Shown here one piece after another: positions 51,790 to 62,700 of a stretch of 64,000 bases of DNA. The translations under genes were made by a program, and so were the position numbers. This DNA is from Seison nebaliae. Its lineage: Eukaryota. Within the stretch, counting starts at the first letter, position 1; each line of letters starts with the position of its first letter. A model generated the notes under the pieces. That model was not told the origin of the DNA. It saw only the letters and a list, made by a program, of their open reading frames with translations, and did no database searches. Location: contig JALJEE010000987.1 of assembly GCA_023231475.1 (NCBI GenBank), forward strand, positions 1-64,000, in the 5' to 3' direction.

Positions 51790-53470
51790 ATTCCAAAAAT
51801 TTCCAGAAGATAATTATAAGAATGATAATGATAAAGAAGAAAATGAATATGAAGGATAAAGAGAAAATGCACAACGGCTAATAAAGAAGTAAATCAGTTC
51901 TTATTCATAGTAGTAACTCCTCTTAAGAATAATGAACGGTCTACATTTCGTTTTTCTTCCAAAGGAAGAGAAATGAGAAAAATAATGGAAAATATGATTC
52001 CGTATTTCGCTTGTCATACGAAATAAGAAATGAACGAAATCATTACACTAAATTATGTCTATTACCATTACTGATGAATAACAGGGAGATATGTATCGAA
52101 CAGGAGATGATCGTTGTTAATGTTACGGCTTCTTTCCATGGATAATAAATGTGGAAACTCTATCCATAAACTGTGTACATTTTCTCCTTATACATGTCTA
52201 TCTATGTTGTCTAACAACAAATAACTTATATTTTCTTACACAATCTTTCATGGACTTCACTTAATTCTATTGCTGATTTATATGCTTCTAAACCTAATAC
52301 GAACGTTCCATAATGTTACTTCACATACGAGGAAGGATGCGAATGTTCTACTTTAAATATCTGACAGCAATCATACCTAACATTAAAATCGGAAGGGACG
52401 TTATGTGCAAAGAATATATTTTAAAGATTAAATTTATTTAGAATAAATATTTATCTTCATCTACATAATTCCTTAATCACCAGCAATAACGATGTATAAC
52501 TTTGATTCAACTATTTCATTCTGTATAATAATAAAAATTCTTATTGTTTAATAGACCAGATGATATAGGAGTTCTTACAAATTCTCACAAAACTATAGAA
52601 AAATTCCTTTAAAACATCATTAAATTAACATTAATAAGAAGATAAATGTTTATAGAAATAAAAATTCAGAAGAATAAGGTTAACTCGTGATTTGGATGAT
52701 TTTAGCTGATGTTCAGATCTTGCACCAAAAGTCTCACTTGCTATTTCAGGTAACAGACTCAATGTTAATTCATCCATAACATGCAACGTTTCACCAATTG
52801 AATAAATTATAAAGCTGTGAAAATGGTTTTATTCTCACTCAGAATAAAACAATTTTATGAAAGATACAAAGATGATATGAACATTGAACTGATCACAAGA
52901 GTAAAAGGATGAACACCCTTTTGGTCAATAGTGATATCTTACTTTGTTTCCGATTAATATCAGAGGAAAAGAAGTATAATGTGAAGAAGAAAAATAAATA
53001 AGTGAAAGAGAAGTAATAATGATTTATAATTGAAGGTTACTACGAATACTGGAGATAAGACTACGGAAAGTAAATCATTCAAAGTCCGTCGATTCCAAAT
53101 AATCGATGAATGCAGAAGAAAAAACCTAATATGCTAAACTATAAACTTCGGAATAATTTAATGCTCTATATATTTACTGTTAACTTCATCAAATAAGTAT
53201 ATTATATTGGAAAGTTTTATTGAAAGAATCATCATATTGTACATATTGTACCACATTCTCCTAATAAGATTAAATTAAGTCAATCAATTAGTTTAAACAT
53301 ATATAAGTGAGAATTTTATTTTTCCAACGTTTCATCGAACTGTTATAAAAAATATATAATAATTTTTACATATAGTAATAAAAATATAAGTAAAGATATG
53401 TTGAGCGCACAAAATTTAGAAAGTTTGTAAAAGATTCTCGGTAGTTTGTTTGTAGATTTGAAGAAGGAAA

Positions 53471-56400
53471 ATGGAAGAATCAAACGAGTTTATTTATCCC
53501 CAGGATAACCTGGGTGATTTTATAACAACTGTCGTTAAAAAGAGAATACGTGATTCAAAGCGTTCGTCTAAAGGAACTTCTGTTTCATCTCCAAAAAGTA
53601 AATCATCACATAACTCTTTGATCGAAAGCGTTGATTATGCTCGTTTTATTTTATTCAATGAGGATGATATTAGTCAAATCAATAAATTAGATTCGGAAAG
53701 TCCTGTAAAGCAATCCTGTGAAAAAGTTAATGAAAAAAGTATTGGTAATTCCGGTACGTCTTGTGGTAAGTCATCTGATCGATTATCAGATGGAATATTC
53801 GACGAAAGTGATATGGAAAATAAAGATACCGAAATCGAAGAAGAACAACGTGAAGCAGAAAAATTAAAAGAAGAATTTCTTTTAAAGACCATTAATGGAA
53901 ACAATTTAGATGAGAGTTCTTCTGAAATTCCTGAATTTTTGAACGATGACTCTTACATTTGTGATTCAATAGATGAAGCTGTAGATGAACCGTCTAGTTC
54001 GGATAATTCTCCAAACCAATACAAATCACTTATTATCGTCAAAGGTGATCCAGAACAATCGGTGATAAAAATTCCCACATCAGAATTAAGAGAATATCTT
54101 AATATAACCCCGAAAGCGTCAAAATCAGATCATTCAAAAATGATTACGATCAGAAGCAGCAAAATGCAATTAAATGAAGGAACACCTAAGGATGACTTAA
54201 GCTGTGACATATTCGATAAACCAGAAGAATGCTTTTCAATGAAAAACAAGGCATGTTATAATGAATTGAAATTGATTCAAAAAACAAACCAGGAACAAGA
54301 ATATCCCAAAAGTGCTCCATCAAATTCATCTTTTAAAAATCCACAATATTTCCAAATAAAACCTCCAAACGTGCATCCTTCAAAATCATCAATAATTAGA
54401 TCTCTATTAAAAAAATCGGAGAATACTTCTGTTAAGGTGCCAACTTGTGATCCACCAAAATTACTCATCACAAATTCGAAAACCATTGAAAACTATTTGT
54501 CAACAACATCAGTTAGCAGTTCTTCAACTGACTCATTTATTGACAATGGATCGTCCTCGTCCATGACAGATTTTCAAATTAAATCCGAAGAAAAGTATCC
54601 GACAACATCGGCAAGTGTCTCACCAACCACAATCGTAACCAGATCTCCAACATCATCTGATACCGGATCCATTTCAACATATCCTTCAACTCCGATTGAC
54701 AAATCACGTTTAAAAATAAATAAGAAATTATCACGACAACACAATAAATCTACTCTTAGGTCAATTCGAAGATCTTCTTCAAGATCAAAAAGATCTCCAA
54801 TTAATATTATCCAGGAATCAAATACAATACAATGCAAAGTAAAACCATTAATCGATATATCCAACAGTACAATCAATCAATCGATAGAGAAAGAAGATTT
54901 TAGTATTACCGAAACAACAACTCCACAGAAACAAACTGAAACAATTGCAACTCAAACATTGTTTGTATCTAATAGTGTTATATCAAAGCCACCGCTTGTT
55001 AGAAGATCTCGTAGTACGCAATATCCAATTCAACCCGCTTATGATTCTATTTCTGATAATGAGCTTTTATACGAATCTGGAAGATCAATTGTAAAACATC
55101 CGAAATGCAAATATGCGACTGAAAATCGAAGAGTGAATCGAGTGCGAAGTATGACACCTCGAATCAAGAAAATTGCTGTAGAACCGATCATCTCAACAGA
55201 TAATAGTATCGATTCGATAAGTACTATCCAAAAGAATATTAAAATGATAGATTATGAGCGTCAAATACTGAAATTAAAGAATGAAAATGAAGAATATCAG
55301 GAACATCTTAGAGAAATGAATCAAATGTTAAAGAAGAAAGATATGACAATTGAAAAGAATGAATCCATCATCAAACGTCTTGTTTCAGATATGAGAGATG
55401 TTTGTTTAGGTAAGTCGCTTACTTTATCGAAAGTATTGGAAGAAAAAGAAACCGAATCAATAGACTGTCAAACTAATCATATGATATCAAGTATTAATGA
55501 ACTGTTATTGAAGAAAGATTACAAAGCGAATGAAAGCGATCATCTGAAGGATAGGGAAAAATTAAAGAAATATGAAAAACAATTGGAATTGGGATTGATA
55601 AGAGAAAAAGAGTTAATAAAAGAAAATGACCGATTAAAATCCGATAGTCGATCCAAAGAAATGGAACTGACCAAACGTATTGAACGAACAAAAGAAGAAC
55701 GTTATTTAACAGAAAACGAAGTTTTTAAAGAAATTGAACAGTTAAGGGAAACGGTTCGTATGAAAGATTCTAGTCATATGAAGGACGTAGAATTTTTGAA
55801 GACGATGGAACTTCATAAATCAAATGAGAGATTGCAAGAGATGGAGTTAATAAAACAAAGGGCAGATACTAATGAAAGTGAATTAATGAGAAGAATAACA
55901 AATTTAGAAGAGAATAAAATATTATTAGAAGAACAATTGGTCGAAGGTGCAACAATAATCGAAACATTCAAGCCTAATATACTTAATCCCGCCTTTGAAA
56001 AAAATTACAGTACTTGTCTTTTAGTTGCTAAAGAGTTACATAAGATCAGTGTTAGTTCTTTATTAGAATTGTGTGAGGTGTTGAAAAATTTCAATATAAA
56101 TGAAGTAACTCAATTTTATCCGACATTACAATTGTGCTCGGATTTAGTCATACCCATTGATATCGACGACACACAAATAAGTAATCATTTTAAAACCTTA
56201 AAAGAGACTGCTGGCATGTTAGTAGCATTTGTAGGTAACACCATTTTAGATAAACTGTCAATGATTAATGAATTGAATGAACAGTTATTAGATCAACATC
56301 GATCAGTCGAACTGATCCATGTTCTTCGAAATCAATTGAATAAATCAAACGGGAAAAATGAAAAGTTAAAACACTTTGCCGAATCTAGTAAAGAAAAGAT

Positions 56401-56836
56401 GAATATATATAAAAGAACCATATTGAAAACAAGGAAACAAAACGAATTCGAAAAAAAAAGAATTCAAAAATTGCGGAATCTAAAGATTAATAATATTACC
56501 GAAGTTATTGCGAAAAAATGCTTATCCGTCTATGCAGAATCTCATCGTAATGAAAAATCTAATAAACTCAAATTTGATAATATTGTATTGGAAGCAATCA
56601 AGCCTCCTGAAAAACCTACAGAACAATTAAAATGGAAAGACAATAATAAGGTGGAGCTTTACTTGAATTGCGAAGATATTAGCAATAGTTTAGGAGGGAA
56701 ATCTATCGGCAGTTTGGCAATCAAAAGAAATCCTAATCAGTTTGGAGAGGATCATTTTAAAAAATTGGATAGGATTGAGAAGATACCGAAAAAAAATTTA
56801 AAATGTAGTTCATCATTGTCGTCAAAAAGGTCTTAA
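53471..56836 (+). CDS. Large uncharacterised protein: Ser/Thr-rich N-half, coiled-coil C-half; single ORF
   Basis: 1121-aa uninterrupted ORF in very AT-rich DNA, E/K-rich heptad region, and AATAAA after the stop. Confidence 0.8.
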   Translation: MEESNEFIYPQDNLGDFITTVVKKRIRDSKRSSKGTSVSSPKSKSSHNSLIESVDYARFILFNEDDISQINKLDSESPVKQSCEKVNEKSIGNSGTSCGKSSDRLSDGIFDESDMENKDTEIEEEQREAEKLKEEFLLKTINGNNLDESSSEIPEFLNDDSYICDSIDEAVDEPSSSDNSPNQYKSLIIVKGDPEQSVIKIPTSELREYLNITPKASKSDHSKMITIRSSKMQLNEGTPKDDLSCDIFDKPEECFSMKNKACYNELKLIQKTNQEQEYPKSAPSNSSFKNPQYFQIKPPNVHPSKSSIIRSLLKKSENTSVKVPTCDPPKLLITNSKTIENYLSTTSVSSSSTDSFIDNGSSSSMTDFQIKSEEKYPTTSASVSPTTIVTRSPTSSDTGSISTYPSTPIDKSRLKINKKLSRQHNKSTLRSIRRSSSRSKRSPINIIQESNTIQCKVKPLIDISNSTINQSIEKEDFSITETTTPQKQTETIATQTLFVSNSVISKPPLVRRSRSTQYPIQPAYDSISDNELLYESGRSIVKHPKCKYATENRRVNRVRSMTPRIKKIAVEPIISTDNSIDSISTIQKNIKMIDYERQILKLKNENEEYQEHLREMNQMLKKKDMTIEKNESIIKRLVSDMRDVCLGKSLTLSKVLEEKETESIDCQTNHMISSINELLLKKDYKANESDHLKDREKLKKYEKQLELGLIREKELIKENDRLKSDSRSKEMELTKRIERTKEERYLTENEVFKEIEQLRETVRMKDSSHMKDVEFLKTMELHKSNERLQEMELIKQRADTNESELMRRITNLEENKILLEEQLVEGATIIETFKPNILNPAFEKNYSTCLLVAKELHKISVSSLLELCEVLKNFNINEVTQFYPTLQLCSDLVIPIDIDDTQISNHFKTLKETAGMLVAFVGNTILDKLSMINELNEQLLDQHRSVELIHVLRNQLNKSNGKNEKLKHFAESSKEKMNIYKRTILKTRKQNEFEKKRIQKLRNLKINNITEVIAKKCLSVYAESHRNEKSNKLKFDNIVLEAIKPPEKPTEQLKWKDNNKVELYLNCEDISNSLGGKSIGSLAIKRNPNQFGEDHFKKLDRIEKIPKKNLKCSSSLSSKRS

Positions 56837-56949
56837 AAATAAATTTAAAACATTTTCAATAAAGGTATTTAGACAAGGTATGTTATGAATTTTAATTGTC
56901 AACATCAATAAAAGAATTCTTCATTTTCGATAGCTGTTATCTGATTAAA

Positions 56950-57277
56950 AAGATCGATCTTTTTAATGCGATCGCAAAAAATAGCGATTTCATACGCAAA
57001 TTTCATGTCAATAGCGTCAATATTCTTTATTTTATGGATAAAAGTATAAGAAACATTTTTTAAGTTTTTCGCTAATTGTTGACTAAAAAGTATTACTTTA
57101 GTAGTATTTTAGCATTTTTAGTACTTTTTAGTCAAAAATTAGCGAAAAACTTAAAAAATGTTTCTCATAGTTTTATCCATAAAAAGAAGAATATCGACGT
57201 TATTGATCTGAAATTTTAAACATAAGTTAAGAAATAATAGACGATCAATTTGCGATGCATTTTATAAAAATCGATTC
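56950..57277. mobile_element. Foldback-type imperfect long inverted repeat (MITE-like)
   Basis: Core arms ~56998-57097 and ~57119-57216 are complementary with scattered mismatches. Weaker outer pairing ATCGAT...ATCGCAAA / TTGCGAT...ATCGAT. Confidence 0.75.
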
Positions 57278-57329
57278 CGAATTAGGTACTGTGCTGAGCG
57301 TTTAAAGCACAAAAAATGTAAAACAAAAT

Positions 57330-57473
57330 ATGGGTGTATGTTACCAATTTTAATAAGAATATGTATTTCTGGGTTATCCATGGTGCTGAAGAAAGCATAA
57401 AATGCTATTTGACGAAAGTTATAAACATTTTTTTAAAAAAAATTTTGTCCGATTACTTTTGAATATACCTGTA
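57330..57473. mobile_element. Tc1/mariner-type element end (remnant)
   Basis: Ends GTCCGATTACTTTTGAATATACCTG|TA and shares its core with 33876-33902. Left boundary approximate. Confidence 0.5.
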
Positions 57474-58040
57474 TTTTACAATTCTACTTCGAATCAAAAA
57501 TTTCATCTCAAATAAAATGGGTTTTCCCCCTTATCATAAGTTGGGTATGTATAGCTCGCGAAAGGAAATGTTTGGAATTATTTCATTTATTAAAAGGAGA
57601 ACGAAGTAAATCATTTCCCTTCGCACTTCGTATTTCTATCACTAAATCATCAATATGTAACACCCAAATCTTAGGAAATATTCAACAACCTTAATAAAAC
57701 ATGTACCTGTCGGTTTATGTATAGATATAAAACATCTTGTTCGTTCGTTCTCTCTTATTGCCACACTTTTTGCGTAACTGTAAATTACTCTTGATGCAAC
57801 TATAAACTATAATCTTAGATGTTCATCCCCCGATTACATCAATAAACGGTCGCCTGATGTTTAGAAAACAACTTGTCCCCAAATTTTACATTTGATTAAC
57901 GTCCCAATATTTAAAGAATAAACTTGTTCAATTTACTTCGTTTAAACTTCACATAGGATTATTTGAAAGTTATCTGCAGAAATATATAAAAGAAATAAAA
58001 CTTTGTATTGTAATACTGGTATAATTTCTTGTTTTTCGAA

Positions 58041-58235
58041 GTACCATAAACCTCCTAGTTCTGCTTATCCGTTCAAAGGGCGAAGTTTCCTGTCTACCCG
58101 GACTATGTTTTAATTGGTATTGGAGGCGTCCCCTTCTTGGTAGACAGGAAACCAGAATCCGACCTGTATGAATAGAAGAAGGTACAAGTTTTTGTTTCGG
58201 TATACATAAATTATATTAATATATTATGCGAAAGA
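58041..58235. ncRNA. Candidate structured non-coding RNA, family unassigned
   Basis: Locally GC-richer. Perfect 14-bp stem 58085-58098/58139-58152 with nested and flanking stems; no ORF. Confidence 0.3.
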
Positions 58236-58916
58236 AAAATATCGATATCTATCGATATTATATTTGCTGATATAATTTAAGTTTATTCATCGTTCCTCCT
58301 CTATTGATCGTCAATTACGACGATTAACACCCTTCTTTGGGTGTTTAACATCACGCAGGCGTAGTTTTATGATGGTGCTCATAGCCGCATCAGTATGGAC
58401 ATGGGAGTCCCAAAAAGAGCCACATACGCACTTCATACTGCGATGTTATACTTGGAAGTAAGTCTCTTCCATTAAGTCACATCTTACTCTCAAACTTCCG
58501 CAATATAATACAATTAATTAATAAGACAAATTAATTATCGCATTATTATACGGAGTTGACAGAACTTTATACGAACGATACTTATCTTCGGTATGAGTTG
58601 TACGAAAGGGAAGATGTTCCGTATTCGTTAAATTGAAATATAATAAAACATTGAAATTAACAAAATGCACACATTTGAATTAGAATCATATATACTTATC
58701 TATAAAAATCAAACTTAAAAATATAATACATATCTATATATACGTATAATAAATAAAATAAATGTTTTAAAAAGAAAAGAAACAAATATTCATTGAAATA
58801 AATTTCGAAATAATCATCTTCCGAATGGTTTTAAATTTTCTTTAAATGGTCCAAAATCTTCTTCATTAAAATTTTAGAAAAACTTTTTTAATCGCATTTA
58901 TTTGACAATATCTTAT

Positions 58917-58972
58917 GGGGATGTAACTCAAATGGTAGAGTGCTTGCTCAACAGGGATATCTGGCATCTTCA
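58917..58972 (+). pseudogene. Internally deleted tRNA-Ala pseudogene
   Basis: GGGGATGTAACTCAAATGGTAGAGTGCTTGCT matches the 5' half of animal tRNA-Ala and ...GGCATCTTCA matches the 3' acceptor strand. The anticodon 3' side and most of the T arm are missing. Confidence 0.75.
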
Positions 58973-59743
58973 GCAAATTCTTGACTGGATCATTCTTCAA
59001 TTGAATGAACAACATCAACAACATTAACGGCATTTGAATTCATGTGTTCTCTTCACTTGTCCTCCCATTATACGGACTCGATTCTCTTAAAATATTCGTC
59101 TCCAACAGCTCATTCGTCAAAATGGACTGAACTTACAACAATCGTAATCTTATTTTCGCAGTCACCGACATATCTCCATTTCCTATTCTCTATTGTCTAC
59201 GCATTTTCCGCGTCTTACAACTTTTCAGCATCGGGTCTCTTCACCAACATATCATGTCTTATTCAACGCTCTATCAAATCGAATAATTCCGTCTTTTCTC
59301 ACACCATTGTACACTATTCGATAGATCACTCACCTCTTTCAACAGAATTTCGTGAGTTCATCTTCTCGTTTTCATCAGTGTCTCGGTTAGTTGGCTGCCT
59401 TAAATTCTGTCAAAAATTATCCAATACCCTGATATTAAAAAATCAACCTAGGGCCTTGAACATTTTCCGCGAAAGCAACGTTTGAATTGTCCCTGTATGG
59501 GAATTTACAGACTTCTTTTTTCTTTTTTTACCTTTATAAATTTTTTCCTACGTAAGATTACTGGATTTGTCTGTAACTCTATTCAATCTTATTCCTTTTT
59601 TTCTCTTTTTCTTTCTTTTGCCTCTTATTAAAAATAAATAAATAAATATTATTTAAATTGTTTTTATTGAAACTTAAATTAAAATAGTTAGATGAAAACT
59701 GTAAATAATATATGATAATTATTAAGAATTAGTTTAAATCAAA

Positions 59744-62700
59744 TTATTGGGATGCTGATTGAGATTGAACTTCTTCGTCCATAATCATAGCCTGCCCTGC
59801 TGCAGCATACGAAAATACACAAAGAATGGAGTAACATATTCGATCGGCTTCTTTCTACAAAAAAAAGCAGGTTCAAATAAAAATAAATTCACTTCTGCAG
59901 ATACTAATCACAATGAAATAACGATTCATAACAATTTGATGAAAGTAATAAAATATTGAACTAATTTGGAATAATAATAAAAATAAGAAAATTTCACTGG
60001 TATTTAACACTCATACGAAGAAGAGATTATGGAATGTTTGATGTTATTCGAATATTCGAATGTTAATGGAAAGTGTTTGACATTCATTCAAAATTAGATG
60101 ATAATTCTAATAGAGTTGAAGGACGTCTTTCCAAAGAAGCTTCGGCTTCTCCAAGCGCTGCTGAATTTTCATTCTCTCCATTATAATCCCCTTGGTCGTC
60201 ACAATATGGCACATTCATACTTGTTGTGATGAGAGTGATTGACGGAGTATCACCTAATTTTCTTGGTAATAATATTGAATTTCTTTTCATAATTTGTGGT
60301 CGATTATGTTTCCTTGAATTATTATGTTGGAACACGATGGAAAATATTCGATGTAATTTTAATGCAATATCTTGAAACTACACAATTTTTGCACAAGATA
60401 CACAATTAATATCACAAAAATCAGCACAATAAAGACAAAATATAAAATAAAACGTAGAAAAAAATTACTTACAGCGATCGAATAATATTCCTTTTCGTAC
60501 AATTCTCCTGAAATAATATCGAGCACTTCTATGACGAAAATATTTCCCTTCTTTGTTGTACATTTTTTGATACGAGACAACTCGATAAATTCCTGTAAGA
60601 GAAAATTGAAATTTTGAAAAGAAAATTAAAAAACGGAAAATGTAGGGTAATTAAATTGAAGTCCCTCCAGACAAATTTCAACAATACCATTCTCTTTGCT
60701 TTCCAAATCAGTTATCTTGAAGTTTCCTCCCAATTCTTGTCCTTCATTTAGAATGATAAATAAATTTGTATACACGTGAATTTAAGAAGAATGAAGACCT
60801 GGAATTTTTTCTTGCATACGTATCGCCGCATTCTCCATTGCATCTTTTATTGAAAAGTACAGATCTTTACTTTGCTAAAAAGTTTTTCTTGTCGTGAATA
60901 ACTAAAAGGATAAATAGGAGATAACTTTTCTTGTATAAAATTTTGATAATTCAGTTTCTCCATCAACATTCGTCCATAAACATAGCACTTTAGTTTTAGG
61001 ACAGAATGTCATATTCACTAATTTCTCGTACCACCAACGTTCTTTGATCTCACCTAGAACACTTCTAATAATTATACAATCATCACAAACCTTTTAATTA
61101 AAGATAATTTGAATATGAAAGTGAAAAGAAAAGAAAAGAAAAGAAACTTCCATAAACATTAATTCACCAGAGTTGTCTGTTCCTAAATGAGCGGCGAATG
61201 AACTTTTCGATATTAATCGACTATTGGCTGGTTTTAAATCTACATCATTTCCATTTAATTGACTAATATGATCAGATAATTCATTTATTTGTTGAGATAA
61301 GACGAGACCAATATGACATTTCCCTAATAGTCGTCGTACCTTTCGACGAATATCTTCTCGATTCACTTTCATCATTATCATAAAAGCAATGAGATTGTAG
61401 AGGAAAACTGTCAACAATTGATCTTCATCTAATTCTAATCGTTTCTTTTCCGCTAATTTTAAAGTTAAATAACGATCCATCATTTCGCCTGGTCCTAAAG
61501 AAAGATGAGGAAAATATTTTGAAAATTAAAAAGAAACCTTGATCCATTCCAATCATGTCACGTTCTTGAGCAACGGCATCAAGAAAGGCATCTTCCCAAA
61601 ATTGCATAGAATCCCATAAATGAGAACGATTTGTAAGTAAATTCTCAAACACATAAAACTTGTCAGGACTGACACTCGTCGTTAAAATCGTTCCATACCG
61701 ATAACGATATCCACTGGAGATATTTGATTTGGCTGTCGGCAAACCATAATTCATAGACATGGTATAATTGTATGAAATGTTTGAATTTTTTATTCGACTG
61801 GAATTAATTGTTGATGAAATAGAACTATTGTCACTAATCATTGATGTGGTGAGATTGTTGAATGATTTCTTATCATTATTACCAGACAAAGAATTCATTG
61901 TGGTAGATGGGACGGTTGAATTAATATTTTGTGATGATGCTTTCTCAATTTTCTGCCAAAAATGCGTATGAGCTAATTCCAATAATTGGAATGCACTTGC
62001 CATTCCTCCCAATCCATTATTTGCGTACGTCCGTTCCAATCCATGAATGATGAGTTGACACAGTTTTACTGTTCCTTTATAAACTTCTTTCGATATTAAC
62101 TAGAAAAAATGGAAATAAACGATTATAAAGAATATTAACCACATCATCGATATGTTCATCAGCATGCTTCAATCGACGATTTAATGATGTATTCAAATGA
62201 GATAAAATAAAATTACGATAATTCTCATCTTCCATCAAGCGTTTCGTTCGTGTAATTTTCAACCATGGAACACCTTCTCCTTTCAATACACTAATAACAA
62301 CTTCTTTCAAAAATAACTGATTATCACTAAAAAAAATAAAGAAACGAATCAATGATCAATGAACAAACGATGAGTAAAATGAACCTGTGAGTAGCACTTT
62401 GTATTTCCATACTATGTTTCCGTTGGATATCACCATGATCTTCATCCAACAAATTCTTCGAACTACTTCGACTTATCGAAATCTTCTTATTTGGCACATC
62501 ATCTTCTGTTGTTCCATGTTTCTGCTGTATTCGTAACAATTGAGGAGAATCAATTCGATCACTAGGCAATGTTTTTGGTTCATTCTTTCTCAATGATATC
62601 CAATCCTGAAATGTCGCTTTCGCTCCATTACTCGCATTCTTCATCACATCTGCCAAATCATCACCAATTAATGCAATTACTGATTTACTTTGTTGTTGTT

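Noticed and set aside
58157..58175. TCCGACCTGTATGAATAG resembling an LSU rRNA motif
   Set aside because: The flanking sequence shows no rRNA similarity; too short to call an rRNA fragment or numt.
58578..58588. ATACTTATCTT resembling the canonical U1 5' end
   Set aside because: It mismatches the ACCTG core, and the downstream sequence has no U1 loops. The same ATACTTATCT occurs again in plain AT-rich DNA near 58693.
59042..59485. 147-aa plus-strand ORF
   Set aside because: No recognisable domain and skewed Ser/Phe/Leu composition; the opposite-strand frames I checked are interrupted by stops. Probably decayed or UTR sequence.
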